NCBI GenBank assembly: GCA_964016885.1
Contig: OZ024761.1
Span: forward strand, 21,948,001-22,012,000
From: Eledone cirrhosa
Lineage: Eukaryota
Reading direction: 5' to 3'
DNA length: 64,000 bases
Positions 14,271-29,362 of the stretch are shown one piece after another. Position 1 is the first letter of the stretch. Every line of letters begins with the position of its first letter. The notes under the pieces were generated by a model. The model searched no databases. It was not told where the DNA came from and saw nothing but the letters and a program-made list of their open reading frames with translations. The translations under genes were made by a program, and so were the position numbers.

Positions 14271-14305
<35 letters not shown>

Positions 14306-14439
14306 CTCTCTCTGTATGTATATATATATATATATATAATCTCTCTCTCTATATAATCTCTCTCTCTATATAATCTCTCTCTCTCTCTTTATATATATAT
14401 ATATATATTATCTCTCTCTGTATGTATATATATATATAA

Positions 14440-14471
<32 letters not shown>

Positions 14472-14491
14472 ATCTCTCTCTCTCTATATAT

Positions 14492-14580
<89 letters not shown>

Positions 14581-14640
14581 ATCACTCCGTCTCTCTGTCT
14601 ATCATATATACCCCCTCCTCTCTCTACATCTCATACACAA
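12950..14640 (+). repeat. Polypyrimidine region with a ~42-bp minisatellite (13400-13790) and CT/TA microsatellites
   Basis: Unit tctacatcagtctctcctctatcatctcatccatccccccctc. Confidence 0.85.
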
Positions 14641-15414
14641 CCCCTCTGCCCCCTACTACCCCTTCCCCACCCCCTACACACATATTGTGTCTTTTGTTGT
14701 GTGCATTACTCCTCAGTAATTCTGATGGTGGTGGTAGTTGATGGTAATGGATGTAGGTGATAGTACTGTTCTCTCTCTCACAGACACACACTCTCTCTCT
14801 CTCTCTCTAGCTGATAGTACTGTTCTCTCTCTGTCACAGACACACTCTCTCTCTCTCTCTCTAGCTGATAGTACTGTTCTCTCTCTGTCACAGACACACT
14901 CTCTCTCTCTCTCTCTCTCTCAGCAAGAGGACGAAACCCCGAAACCCCCGTCTTGTGATGGCACGCTCAGTGCTATTAAAAAGCTGTGTTGGTGATGTCT
15001 GAAGCACACACACACATACACATACACTCTCTCACACACACACACATGCACTCTCTTTCTCACACACACACATACACTCTCTTTCTCACACACACACACA
15101 CACACACTCTCCTTCTCACACACACACACACACTCTCACACACACAGCTTATTGCCTGCCACTAGCAGCACGCTTTTATCATTTTTCTTGTTCCTCTCCT
15201 ATTGATTTCTGGTTGGGTTAAAGCAGTCGTTACCAAAATCTGCCATTACTGCTGTCATAAACAACAACAAGAAGAAGACGAAGACGAAGAATTTTTGGTG
15301 ATTGTGTTGTTGTTGTTGTTGTTGTTGCCATTTTTTAGTGAGGAAGGGAAAGAAAGAAATACAGGAAGGATAGATGACTTGTACGATAGAGTCATAGCTG
15401 TTATTAATGTTGGC

Positions 15415-15785
15415 GTGGTGGTGGTGGTGGTGCTGGTGGTGGTGGTGGAGATGGTGTTGATGACGGTGGTGGTGGTGGTGGAGATGGTGTTGATGACGGT
15501 GGTGGTGGAGATGGTGTTGATGACGGTGGTGGTGGAGATGGTGTTGATGACGGTGGTGGTGGTGGTGACGGTGGTGGAGATGGTGTTGATGACGGTGGTG
15601 GTGGTGGTGGAGATGGTGTTGATGACGGTGGTGGAGATGGTGTTGATGACGGTGGTGGTGGTGTTGGTGGTGTTGGTGTTGACGACAATGATGATGATGG
15701 AGGTATTGACGACGATGGCGGCGGTGGTGGTGGTGTGTGTGTTTGGAGGGAAGGAAAGACTGGTGGTGGTGGTGGTGGTGGTGTT
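15415..15785 (+). repeat. (GGT)n-based compound repeat
   Basis: ggtggtggagatggtgttgatgac units. Confidence 0.85.
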
Positions 15786-18700
15786 CCGTTGATGATGGCA
15801 TGACGGCGGCGGCGGCGGCGGTAACGGTGTTCCTTGGTGTTGGCGGAGGGTGTGTGGTGTCGGCTGCAGCGTGTTATGTCTGTATGTGTGATGAAGTGTG
15901 GGGGGGAGGGGAGGAAGGGGAGAGTTAAGCAGAGAAGTGCCTTTGGACACCGCCGCCGCCTCTGCACACACACACACACACCTCTCCCCACCCCTCCTGC
16001 CATGTCTTTGTTGTTCTCTCTCTGTTTGAGAACAGTGTTAACATGGATGTATTGGTGGTGTTGCCACTTAATTCACCTTCGTATTCCTCTGTTTAATATC
16101 TGCCTTCTGCCTATATCTACATGTGTGTAGATATATACATATATATAAGTGCATGCCTGTGTGTGTGTATGTATGTATGTGGTGTGGTGTGTGTGTGTGT
16201 GGTGTGTGTGTGTGGATTTATGATTGTTAGTGGCAAGAGAGAGAGAGAGGAGGTGAGAGAAGTAGGTAGGGTATTAGCTGGGTGGAGTAGGGTTAGGTTA
16301 GCAAGGCAAGGCTGCTTTATGCCAAGAACTTGCATGATAATTTATTATACCTCCCTCTCCACCACCACCCCTGCCATCCTCCTCTCCTCAACCCTATCCC
16401 CCATCACCATCCTCCTCTCCTCAACCCTATCCCCCATCACCATCCTCTTCTCATCACCTCATCTAGCCTTGTTATGCACACTTTTATTCAATGCTTTCCG
16501 ACAGTGGTAGTGTTGGTGGTGTTCCTGTGGTGGTGGTGGTGGTGGTTGTGTTGGTAGTGATTGTGTAGTGGTAGTATTAGTGGAGATCCTGTGTTGGTGG
16601 TAGTGGTAGCATTGTTAGTAATTGTGTGGTATGGTGGTGGTGGTGGTGGTATGGTGTTGGTGTTTTAGCTTATAAATTTATTGGTCTCTCTTTAAAGGTA
16701 TTCAATTGATTATAAATAAATAATAATTATTATTTTTAAAAATATATTATATTATATTATAAAAGATGGTTGCTTTTTCAGCCGTAAAACAACTCTTATT
16801 TCCTTCCTAGTATATTTGAGGTAATCTACCCCATTCCCCTACTATTTATTAGGTAATCTACCCCATTCCCCCTATTATTTCTGAGGTAATCCTTCCCCCT
16901 ACTATATCTGAGGTAATCTACCCTCATTCCTCTTGCTATATCTGAGGTTATCTACCCCCATTTCACCTACTATTTCTGAAGTAATCCCTCCCCCTTACAT
17001 CAACACACTTTCTTCCCTATTTTTTTTTCTACTTTACTTATATGTTGTGAAGTGAGAGTATATTCTAGCTATGTCTATGATTTTACTTCACAAACATTCC
17101 ATGTGTGGGCTGCTACTTATAATCTCTGCCTTTCTCTCTCTCTCCATCTTCCATCTCTCTTTCCCCTCTGTGTCATAGGAATATCATAAGAAGCATATTT
17201 ATTTAGCAACTACCTTGTTAGAGGTAACAGTCAAAATATGATCTTGTCTGGCTGACTAGACACAGGGCTGAATGGTTGGATTGACATGGTTGGATGGTTG
17301 TGGCATGCCTGGCTGACAAAACCTCCCCTGCTATGCAAGTGAGAAGAAGCACTGGGGTGGAAGTCTTGTGCTAGGTACATTTTATTATTGCACCAGCAGA
17401 GAGGAGGGGGCGGGGACTATTGTGCCAAATATATTTTATTATGGCACCAGCAATAAGGATTGTCATGTCTTTGACACAACTAAGCCCTCCTCTGGACCTC
17501 TTGTTTGGCAGGCTTTCTATGGCTGGTTGCTTTTCCTATCATAAACCACTTCACAGTGTGTACTGCTGGGTGTATTTTATGGTGTCAACACCACTAGACA
17601 GGTTGTTATGCCCTGATGATGACAGCCATTAAGGGGGTTAGGATCTAAGAAGGTAGAGAAGTACAGTGAGAGTTACCAAGTTGAAATTGTGACCTCACAA
17701 TATCTATCTATATCTCTATATATATAGTAACCGAACAAGGATGTCTGGACCACATAATAGTCTGTGGGTTGTGAAGTAGATAAGAGGAAGCGCTCAACAA
17801 CTTATCATCATCGTTTAGCATCCATTTTCCATGCTTGCATGGGTTAGATGGGTTTTCTACGCCGGGAGATAAATATATATCATCATCATCATCATCATCA
17901 TCACTGTTTTACATCCGTTCTTCCAAGCTAGCATGGGATAGACGGGTTGTCCTGTTGTGGGCAGTGTCCGGTCGGCTGACATTGTCTTGCTCATATGGGA
18001 ACTGATTCTGGCTTGATTTCTACAGCTGGATGCCCTTCCTAACACCAACCTCATTTACAGTGAGTGCTGGGTGCTTTTTTGACGTAGCACCTCCATCACT
18101 ACTTTGCAGTGGAATGATAGGGACCCCAGTCCCTATCATCTCATTTCTACAGCTGAGTAAACTGGAGCAATGTGAAATAAAGTGTCTTGCTCAAGGAAAC
18201 AACACATCACCCGGTCTGAGAATTGAACTCACAACCTTTCGATTGCAAAGCCAATGCTCTAACCACAATATATATATACAAAGCTAGCCGAAGAGAATCC
18301 ATGCAGCCCTGGCCATTTCTAACTCACTCAATGATATCTGATTTCATAATCATTGTTTCTATGTCTGCTTTTCCACACTTCCATGGGTTGGACAGGGACA
18401 TGTCCTTTTTAGTACAATATCTGTTCACTTGCCGTATTTTGTGCATAAGTAATACAAACTTGTAACTGAGGGAGCACACAATTCATTATTAGTAAGGAAA
18501 CGACAGCACATGGGTAATGTTATTTGTACATCATATAACCCGAGACCGTTGATAGTTTCTGTGTGACAGTCTGATACTAACAGTTACAACTGCAACTGTT
18601 ATTCACAGTAGTTAGGTAATAGCTGCAGACATAACATACCTGGATGTTGTAGAATATCCTCAGCAGGTGACTGTACACATCAAACAGGAAAGTTAGTCTG

Positions 18701-20054
18701 TAACGACCACAGCCAAGTCCAGTCTGTGCCACCACTAAGGGTAGCAGATTCAGGCTTGTAGTGTGACACTTGAGCTCTGTCTTATTCAGGAGGAGATCAG
18801 TCAGAAATGGGGCCCCCCCAACCCCACCCCTGTGGCGGCAAATTTAAAAACTGAATTCCAGCAATCAGCGCTTAACGAAGCTAACCCCACTAATTACAGA
18901 AATTGAATTAAAATATTGAAAAACTTTCCACATACATTGGTGGTGGTGGTATACACAGACACACACATACCATACACACACGTGTACATACACACACACG
19001 TGTATATATATATATATATGCATCATTGCTCTGTATGTGGGATTAGTTTGCCTCTTTGAATTTAGGAAATTAGGAAATCATACAAAATGAGGTCACACCA
19101 CACACTTACATATACATATGTATATAAACACATGTATATAGGTACCTACACACACACACACACATGCACACGTTATTAAGTAACAAACTAAACTTCATTT
19201 CTGTGTTTCTACAGCTTTGTTATTTCATACTTAATAAATAGTTGTTGTTGTGATGGTTGGTGGTGGTGGTGGTTGTGTGATGGTGGTAGGTAGTGGTGGA
19301 TCAACAATAACCAACCACCACCACCATCAACAACAACAACCAACAACAACCACCACCACCATCAACAACAACAACCAACAACCAACAACAACCACCACCA
19401 CCACCACCACCACCACCACCACCACAACAACAACAACACCAACCACCACCAACACTTTAGTTGAATGAAAACAAACATTTGTTAGTATTTACAAGGAATA
19501 TTTTCAAGATAGTTTTCAAAGTTGAGATAAAGAGGCAATATCATTAGAAAAACTGGTTAGGAAAGGTTAACAAATATTCTTTTATTGACTCATTAACGTG
19601 TAAAACTGATGACGACTGGTGATGTGTGGGGAGGGGGAGAGAAGCGGGGGGGGGGGGGGTGTCTTTCACTCCGTCCTCTTTTTTGTTGGTTTTTAGCTTA
19701 AATGTTAAGTGTTTAACAATTAAGTATTTAATATATTAAACACACTGGTTTATTTAAGTGCTATATGTAATTAGCTGTTTAATATACATACTTGTTTATT
19801 TGATATAGATATTAACACAGTATACACACTGACCTGTTTTAATACTATCCTGGTTTGAAGTTATCTAAAATTGGGTTTGTTAATTCAGATGTTTGTAGTA
19901 TTTTTACCAGTGGTCAGATTGTTGTGGACATATGCAGTATTAGAATAAATAGTTTATTTCTTTAATGTGATATAATGGTTGTTTTGTACTTTTCGGGAAT
20001 ATCTTGCTAATGGGGTTTCATGTGGTAGAGGATATTAAGAGTTAAAGACCAGAT

Positions 20055-20086
<32 letters not shown>

Positions 20087-23059
20087 CACACTGGTATATA
20101 GATATTTTTAATTCAATATCCTTTCTTCATCCTGTAATTCCTGAGGGAGTCATAGGTGTGACATACTGACATACAGCGTTTCTAGGGCACTTTTAAACCT
20201 GGTGGAGCCCCATATCATCTCCACATCTGAATATAAGAAATATCTTTCAGAGAAGGATAGGCAGAGAATGAAAGAAAGGAAGTGAGAAAGAGATATAGAA
20301 GAAGAATTGGCCCCAATATTTGACTGGTATTTTTGTTTTTATTGACCTCAAAAGGATGAAAGGCAGGATTTGAACTGAGAGAGAGGATAGTGAGAACAAA
20401 TACTGCAAGTCATTCTATTTGAAGTTCTAATGACTTTCGCAATTTCCTCCTTTAATTCTATATACACTCTGGCAAATAATAGTAATTTAATTCAATATAG
20501 ACACTGGCATGTGTATATATATATAGTTATTTAATTCAACATACACGCTGGCATGTATAAACAGATATTTAATTCAATATACACACTGCCTATTACATAT
20601 ATACTCATTAGCCTTATAATGTAATATATTTAACACTATATACATACTGGCCTATATATAGTTATTTAACACCAGATACACACTGGTCTATATAGTAGAG
20701 TGTACTTAACACCATATATACACTGCCCTATATAATATAGTATATTTAATCCAATATACACACTGCCCTATATAATATAATTATTTAACACTATACACAC
20801 GTCTTATCTAAATGAAGTTTACAGTAAATTTAACACATCTATTTACACTGACCTATATACACGCTGGTTCATTAAATACAGATATTGAGTTCCATATACA
20901 CACTGGCCTATTTAAATGTCATTTATAATTTAATTCATACACACACACTGGCTTGTTAACTCTTAACATCCTGTACCACATGAAACCACATTAGCAAGAA
21001 CACTATGACTACATCACATTATATATTTCATGAAGGCGGTGGATTGGCAGTATCGGTAGAGGGTCGAATGGTCTATTTTATTGGTATATACACTCCTCCT
21101 TGCTCCCCCTCCAACTCCACATCACTTTGTCACATATACTATCTACTCATGACATACTTTCTCATCTCCCCCTTTAAACCCCACCACCCTCTTTACCACC
21201 TATTGTCACTTAACATATATCCTTCCTGTCCACCTCCATCCCGCCCCATCTTCTCTATTAGAGTCACTGACAATGTTTTTAGTGCTCGTTTCTTGCAAAG
21301 AACACACCCAGTACATTCTGTAGGGAAGTTAGGGCTTCCAAATATAGCAACTGCGTTAAAAGGGGCTGAGAGGACTCTCTGGTCATAACACAACTTCTCT
21401 AGTGCTGGTGCCACGAAAAATGCACCAAGTACACTCTGTAAAGTGGCTGGTGTTAAGAAGGGCATCCAGCTGTAGAAAGTTTGCCAAACAAAGGGTGAGA
21501 CTGACTCTTCTGCTGTGTCCAAGACAGGACAACCTCCATAGTGTTGGTACCATGATAAAATACACTGAGTGCACTCTATAGAGTGTGGCTGTTGTAAGCT
21601 AGACCTCCACTCAGACTGAGAGAGAGATTAGTGGCTCTGATTAAGTATTGGCTTGGTTTATCATTGACATGTCCAGCACTTGTTTTGTTAGGACAGATCT
21701 ATGTTAAATGATGTCACACTGGCCTATTTAAATAGTGTTTACAACTAATTATTCAATCCATTATACTCACTCTCCTCATCTCTCTCTCTCTCTCTCTCTC
21801 ATTATTTCTTCTGCCTTTTCTATTGTTATGGAGGATTGGCAGAATCGGTAGAGCGTCGGACGCCATGCTTTGCAACATGGAGTTATGGCTCTTTACGGTC
21901 TGAGTTCAAATCACGCTGAGGTTAGCTTTGTCAATCATACGAGGTTCATAAAATAAAAAATAATAATAATAATTCTTTCTACTTTTGGCACAAGATCAGC
22001 AATTAACCCAGTGCATTACTGGTACTTTATTTTATTGACCCCTTAAGGATGAAAGGTAAAGTTAACCTCGGTGGATTTGAACTCAGAATTGTAGGTCAGA
22101 TATTGCTTTGTTTAACAAGGGCCAACAAAAAAAAAAGGTGTAGATTATAGATGTTGACAGCAGAATGGAAGAGAAGGAGAAAGAAAGAGTAAGGGTATAC
22201 AGTGGGAACTTTTTATGGATTTAGAATAGGAGAAAAGTAGAGATAATAGCAGTTAATGGATCTGTGGGCCCATTGTTGAAGGGTGGTTAGACAAGATAGA
22301 GATGAAAGAAGAATTTAACATTAATACAAAGGACAGCAGGGATATTGAGATAGGTGTTAAATATCTGAGGTTAAATGAGATTGTCTTGGTATTTGTCAAA
22401 TTCCTGTTTAAACAAGCTATACTGTGTGATTGCACAATAATTATAGCAACAATATTTTTTTAAATAAAAAAATTGAGACTAAAGTTCAAAAGTTAAAAAA
22501 AATTAGTTTTTATCAGTTCCTTCCTCCTCTTGTCTTACACTTTCTATGTTATGTTTAATTTAATTTTATCAGGTTTACACAGAAGTAAGAACTAAGACAA
22601 CAAAATGTGGTATGGTAGGAGTACTGGGTTGTTTTACTGTCGTGCTATGTTCAGAATAGAGTGGGCCTTGTAGTATTTGTTTTAGTTTGTACATCCATGG
22701 ACACGAAACTACAGGAAACCTCATCAGTGTTGTATCCTGTAACCACATGGTGTAACTTGGAGTCTTACTAGATAGTTATCCAGGTGACCCAAATATAAGG
22801 CATGCCACTAGTGTTTTGTTGTGGTGTCACATTCATCTGGGTGACTCAACCGAGATTGATTAAGCCCTTGTCTATATCCAAGTGACATACATACTACTGA
22901 CCCCACTGGTCACCACTGCCATCTGGATGCCCTCTCTGCTGCTTATGTCTCTTGATGTCCTCCTGTACCACCTGAAACCACATTAGCAAAACATTCTTGA
23001 AAAGTACAAAACAGTTTACTGCAAATTTCATAACAATCTATTCACTAGTATATATTGAT

Positions 23060-23990
23060 GGATACCCTACCTAACACCCCCCATGGTGTATACTGGGAGC
23101 AGGATTTCTATGGCTAGGTACCCTACCTAACACCCCCATGGTGTGTACTGGGAGCAGGGTTTCTATGGCTAGGTACCCTACCTAACACCCCCCATGGTGT
23201 GTACTGGGAGCAGGGTTTCTATGGCTAGGTACCCTACCTAACACACCCCATGGTGTGTACTGGGAGCAGGGTTTCTATGGCTAGGTACCCTACCTAACAC
23301 CCCCCATGGTGTGTACTGGGAGCAGGGTTTCTATGGCTAGGTACCCTACCTAACACCTCCATGGTGTGTACTGGGAGCAGGGTTTCTATGGCTAGGTACC
23401 CTACCTAACACCACTCCATGGTGTGTACTGGGAGCAGGATTTCTATGGCTAGGTACCCTACCTAACACCACTCCATGGTGTGTACTGGGAGCAGGGTTTC
23501 TATGGCTAGGTACCCTACCTAACACCCCCATGGTGTGTACTGGGAGCAGGGTTTCTATGGCTAGGTACCCTTCCTAACACCCCCATGGTGTGTATTGGGA
23601 GCAGGGTTTCTATGGCTAGGTACCCTACCTAACACCCCCATGGTGTGTACTGGGAGCAGGGTTTCTATGGCTAGGTACCCTACCTAACACCACTCCATGG
23701 TGTGTACTGGGAGCAGGGTTTCTATGGCTAGGTACCCTACCTAACACCACTCCATGGTGTGTACTGGGAGCAGGGTTTCTATGGCTAGGTACCCTTCCTA
23801 ACACCCCCATGGTGTGTACTGGGAGCAGGGTTTCTATGGCTAGGTACCCTACCTAACACCACTCCATGGTGTGTACTGGGAGCAGGGTTTCCATGGTTAG
23901 GTACCCTACCTAACACCACTCCAAGGTGTGTACTGGGAGCAGGGTTTCCATGGTTAGGTACCCTACCTAACACCACTCCATGGTGTATAC
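23060..23990 (+). repeat. 55-57-bp minisatellite derived from the SINE-3 core
   Basis: Unit ctaggtaccctacctaacaccccccatggtgtgtactgggagcagggtttctatgg resembles ttctacggctggatgcccttcctaacacc. Confidence 0.9.
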
Positions 23991-24505
23991 TAGATTTTTA
24001 TTTTCATGTGGTGTCACCATATTTTGATTATATTATTTATCTAAGCAGGTTGGATGAGTGAGTAGTTACTGGTTTATCAGTCAATCTATGTTGGTTTATG
24101 TGTTATAAAGCAGTGAGAGGATGGAGGAGAGAAAGTACCGGCAATGACCTCTCCTAAGTTGGTGAGATTTATGTGGTTTTTAGCCCAACCTTAATATATT
24201 ATCTGCAGTAAAAACAATGTTGGCAACATCCAAATACCTGTTATGTTAACAAGGGTCAATGACCTCCTCTCTCTCTCTCACCATTTAAGACACCCCCTAA
24301 AAAAACCAGGTGGAGGTGCTGGTATTGATGGTGGCAGTGGTGGTGTTGGTGGTATCTGGTGTTTGTGGTGTTGGTGGCAGTGGTGGTGTTGGTGTTAGCT
24401 CTTAAAATCCTGTAAGATATAGGAAAAGTTTTGTTAATTCAAAGGTCTGTAGTGTCTATGGATGGTTGTGAAACTGTGCAATGTTTATGATGATACTTGC
24501 TGAAG

Positions 24506-25060
24506 ATGGTATATGGTGGGGTCAAATCTGGGTCCTAGGTGGTATATGGTGGGGTCAAATCTGGGTCCTAGATGGTATATGGTGGGGTCAAATCTGGGTC
24601 CTAGATGGTATATGGTGGGATCAAATCTGGGTCCTAGATGGTATATGGTGGGATCAAATCTGGGTCCTAGATGGTAGGGGTGGGGTCAAATCTGGGTCCT
24701 AGATGGTATATGGTGGGATCAAATGTGGGTCCTAGATGGTATATGGTGGGATCAAATCTGGGTCCTAGATGGTAGGGGTGGGGTCAAATCTGGGTCCTAG
24801 ATGGTATATGGTGGGATCAAATGTGGGTCCTAGATGGTATATGGTGGGATCAAATCTGGGTCCTAGATGGTAGGGGTGGGGTCAAATCTGGGTCCTAGAT
24901 GGTATATGGTGGGATCAAATGTGGGTACTAGATGGTATGGGGTGGGATCAAATCTGGGTCCTAGATGGTAGGGGTGGGGTCAAATCTGGGTCCTAGATGG
25001 TATATGGTGGGGTCAAATCTGGGTCCTAGATGGTATGGGGTGGGGTCAAATCTGGGTCCT
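24506..25060 (+). repeat. 33-bp G-rich minisatellite
   Basis: Unit tagatggtatatggtggggtcaaatctgggtcc. Confidence 0.92.
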
Positions 25061-25422
25061 AATGATTGCCAATCTATCTCCTTCATTATTCTTCCTCCAT
25101 GCTGTGTTCACAGCTTTGTCAGCTTGGACCTTGGGTTTAATATCTACGAAATCACAGATAATGCATAAATAAGATATAAATATTGATATAAATAAGATAT
25201 AAATATTGCTATAAATATTCACAGCTTTCATATTAATGTTGACTGCACTTTTCATTGCTTTGTACGGACAAGTTCTCTCTCTTATCAGTCAATATATGGC
25301 TGGACTGTGTTGCTAGTTTTCAATAACATAACTTTGTCTCTACTTCTTCTATTGAGTACTTTGTCTTTCATTACTGTTTAGTTTTTTATCGGAACACACA
25401 CATACATATACACATGTACACA

Positions 25423-25603
25423 CCGGGGGAGGGGGGGGCTGAAAAGTTCCTGGTTTGGGTAAAAGAAAGAAAATACATGAGGATCAGTTAATTATGATTT
25501 TATTCAACACGTTCCCCTCTCGGATTCACACACTTATTGCAGCAGTCCTACCTTCCCTGCACAAGTAATACCATTAAGCCAGGAACTTTTCTCAGCATCC
25601 CGG
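25423..25603. mobile_element. Tc1/mariner-like MITE
   Basis: Terminal inverted repeats ccggg...gctgaaaagttcctgg / ccaggaacttttctcagcatcccgg, inserted in CA/TG microsatellite. Confidence 0.65.
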
Positions 25604-25868
25604 TGTCTGTGTGTGTGTGTGTGTATATATATATATTGCGAAGGACTGGCGTCTTGTCCAGGGGAAGTCTTGTACTCTCAGTCGCTTTCTGCCATGAAAC
25701 CAGGAGAAGCACCAGCCAAATGAGCCTTCTGACTTATGAAAGACTTTAGATATATATATATATATGATTAGATATATGATTTCTCCCGAATGAAACAGTT
25801 CTAGTCCTGTAGCCATTTCTCTCTCTCTATATATTAATAAATGGAAACTATTTTTATAAAACCATATT

Positions 25869-25913
25869 TATTTTATTATATATATTTCAAGGGTATTTTG
25901 GTACGCTCTCATC

Positions 25914-25915
<2 letters not shown>
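25869..25915 (-). ncRNA. Hammerhead motif of the same family, 5' strand of stem I replaced by (CA)n
   Basis: Minus strand: CTGATGA-gagcgta-ccaaaa-taccctt-GAAA-tatata-TA-ataaaata; same 3' tail and same C.C mismatch as 33946-34012. Confidence 0.7.
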
Positions 25916-25973
<58 letters not shown>

Positions 25974-26796
25974 GTAACGAGAGAAAAAACACATAATAAA
26001 TTATGTCAGCTAATAAGGGAGCTCCCTGGATCATAGGGTCTTATTGTGAGTGTTATGACTGTTTATGTCGCGAAACTTTGCGGTTCGCTAAAAGGAAATT
26101 GATAAAACAAGCTCTGGTGTTGGTTTGATCGACTACATTATGGCGGTACAAATACACACACACATACACACGCATACACACACATACACACACATACAGA
26201 CGTGTCGGTTCCGACGACGAGTACTTCGGTTGATTCGACCAACGGAACAGCCTGCTAGTAAAATTAACGTGCAAGTGGCTGAGCATTCCACAGACACGTG
26301 TTGTACCCCCCCCCCCCCCCGCGGAAATTAAGTGATGGCTGGCTGCCGTGTTTTGAAATAGGGGTTACCGTACAATCAGCTAGGTGGATCTGAAGCATTG
26401 GTAGATGAAGTGTCTTGCTGAAGGACACGACGGGATTTAGGCTCACCTCCTTAGGATTGTCAGCCAAGCACCGTAGCCACTAAGCCACGTGCCTACACAC
26501 ACTTACAGAGAGAGAGAGAGTGGCACACACACTGACACACACACTGACACTGACACACACACTGACACTGACACACACACTGACACAGACACTGACACAC
26601 ATTGAATGTTGAAGCTATTTAAGTTTTAAGAGTATTTAACAAGCTGGGTTAGTATTGTTGCCTCATGATTTAATAAAAGCACATCCTCATGTGACTTCAC
26701 TAAGGTCATCATAGGTGATGATGATGATGGTGGTGGTGGTGGCGGTGAGGTCATTCCAATGTTGACTTGTAAATGTAAACGAGAATGTTTATTCAG

Positions 26797-26842
<46 letters not shown>

Positions 26843-27321
26843 ATGTATATATATATATATGTATGTATATACGCACACACAAACACAGATGCACTCTCAT
26901 ATATATAGATGTAGTGTGTGTGTGTTAGATATATATATATATATATATATAGATATATATATATATAGAGAGAGAGAGAGATATGCCATATCGTAGAAAT
27001 GGCAGGGAGTGTGAACGGGGCGGGTGTTCTCTCCTTCATTTCTGCCTTCTGAAAGATTACACTAATTCTAATGACTTGTTTATTTAATTCGTTGATTACA
27101 GTGCACGCACGCACGCACACTTTCTCTCACACACACACACACACACACTCTCTCACACAGACACACACTCACCATTGTGTGTGAATAAATTGAATGTTGC
27201 GATCCGTTATTTTCGGTGAAGGTATTTCCACCCTCTTGTGCCTTGTCATCTACTTCGAATGATGTATAGTTATTTAGAGTCGCCTTCTTCACCATCGCAG
27301 TATATATAGATATATATATAT

Positions 27322-27378
<57 letters not shown>

Positions 27379-27493
27379 TATATATACACATACACATACA
27401 CATAGATGCATAGATGCACACTTACATACACAAACACACATATATATAATTTACAGATATGCATGCATACATACGTACACTTACACACGCATA

Positions 27494-27537
<44 letters not shown>

Positions 27538-28544
27538 CACACACACGCACACACACATATATATATATATATTTATATTTATATATATTATTTATTTATC
27601 GCGCTTGTCTTCTATTTCGTAATTTTCCGTAATTTGCTGTTTAAGTCCCTCCTCTCACTTTTCCTCTTCTCTTCCGTCACTCTCTCTCTTTCTTTATCCA
27701 TTCCTCCCCCTTCCTCAATATCTCTATTACTTTGCCTCTTTCCTCCCACCACCACCACTCTATTTAATGTGTATGTTCACAGTTGTAAAAACTTCCCTTT
27801 CTTTCTCTCTCAAATTCATCCTCCCCCTACTCCCCCTCTCTTCTCTTGCTATCATTCCCCCACCCCTCCTTTTTAAATACCTGTCTTTTCTGTTCCTCCT
27901 TCTCTCATAACCAACCCACCCTCTCTTTATCTCCTTTCCTTTCTCTTCTCTCGCTACTTGTTTTCCTCCCCCTCTCTCTCACTCTCTCTCTCTCTCTCTC
28001 TCCTCTCCCAGTTCCTCCCTCCCTCCCCCCACCTTGTGTTTCATTCTGACTCCATTGCTCATCTTCAAACTGCCAAGTCCTACCAACCCCTCACCCCCTC
28101 TTCTACCACTACACCACCACCAAACACATCCACGTCCATCAACACCACCGCAAAACGCGTCCACCACAATATCACCACCGTCTCCACCACCACAATATCA
28201 CCCCCGTCTCCACCACCACATCACCACCGTCTCCACCACCACAATATAGCCAGCACTACCATCATCAATACCACATTACCACCAAACACGTCCACCACCA
28301 CCACCACCATACTACCTCTATAGGCAGCAGATTCTTGATGTCAGCGTGTGAGCCTGGCTGTTTGTTGCACTTTTCAACGATGTAATGTAACTAACGTACA
28401 CGTGTGTGTGTACATGTGTACGTGTGTACGTGTGTGTGTGTGTGTGCAGGAGCACGCTTACGCACACTTTGCTTTCCAGTCGCCGTCTTGCAGCAGTTTG
28501 ATCGGACACACACACACACTTATGCATACGTACATACATGTCTA

Positions 28545-28582
<38 letters not shown>

Positions 28583-29300
28583 GGTGGTGGGTGATTATTG
28601 TAAACTAGCTTATTAAAGCGGATTAGATGATAATGTTTAGGTGAATAACGGTAAAGTGTACCCCGGAGAATGAGGTTACGGGGGTGTGTCGTTATTTTAA
28701 TAATAGTTGTTTCTACTTTTGGCACAATGCCAGCAATTAATCCAGTGTATTACTGGTACTTTTATTTTATCGACCCCGTAAGGATGAAAGGCAAAGTTAA
28801 CCTCGGCGGGATTAATAATAATACAAGCTGCTGGTCACAGCAGAGAGATTCTTCCTTTTAATTCAATCGATTTAGATATTTATACATACATCTTACCTTT
28901 TCTATATAACTGCTTGACGAAACAGATGCATATAATATTCTACATAAACACCTCTCTCTCTCATGTGTGTGTGTGTGTGTAATGAATTGTTTTACTGGCT
29001 TCACTCAACAGACTGGCCATGCTGGGACACCACCTTGATTTAGTTGATCGTATTGAACCCAGCACCAATTTTTATCGATATTTTTTTCTTGGCTAACCGC
29101 TACGCTACGGGACACGCACACACACACACACACAGGGAGAGTGAGAGAGTGTATGTGTATGCGTGTGTGTATGCCATGCTGAGACCGGGGAGATCACAAA
29201 TCGTGGGAGTACTCAATGCATGAGAAGATGCAGAGTGGGTGTACACCCGTTAAAAAGACTTGCTGCACACCGCTTGGCGTCACGGTCGGGTTCACCCCCC

Positions 29301-29362
<62 letters not shown>

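Noticed and set aside
14924-14991. Possible cassette exon after (CT)n-cag
   Set aside because: Weak donor, no MED13 similarity, and the two MED13 exons already join contiguously.
15199-16003. His-, Thr-, Pro- or Val-rich ORFs (mucin/extensin-like)
   Set aside because: Open in several frames because of the (GGT)n repeat; no unique coding signal.
23060-23990. CRISPR-like appearance of the regular arrays
   Set aside because: Head-to-tail units without unique spacers, eukaryotic context, no cas genes.
26005-26090. ctaataag...cgcgaaactttgcggttc as a hammerhead
   Set aside because: Core is doubly mutated and stem II is not convincing.
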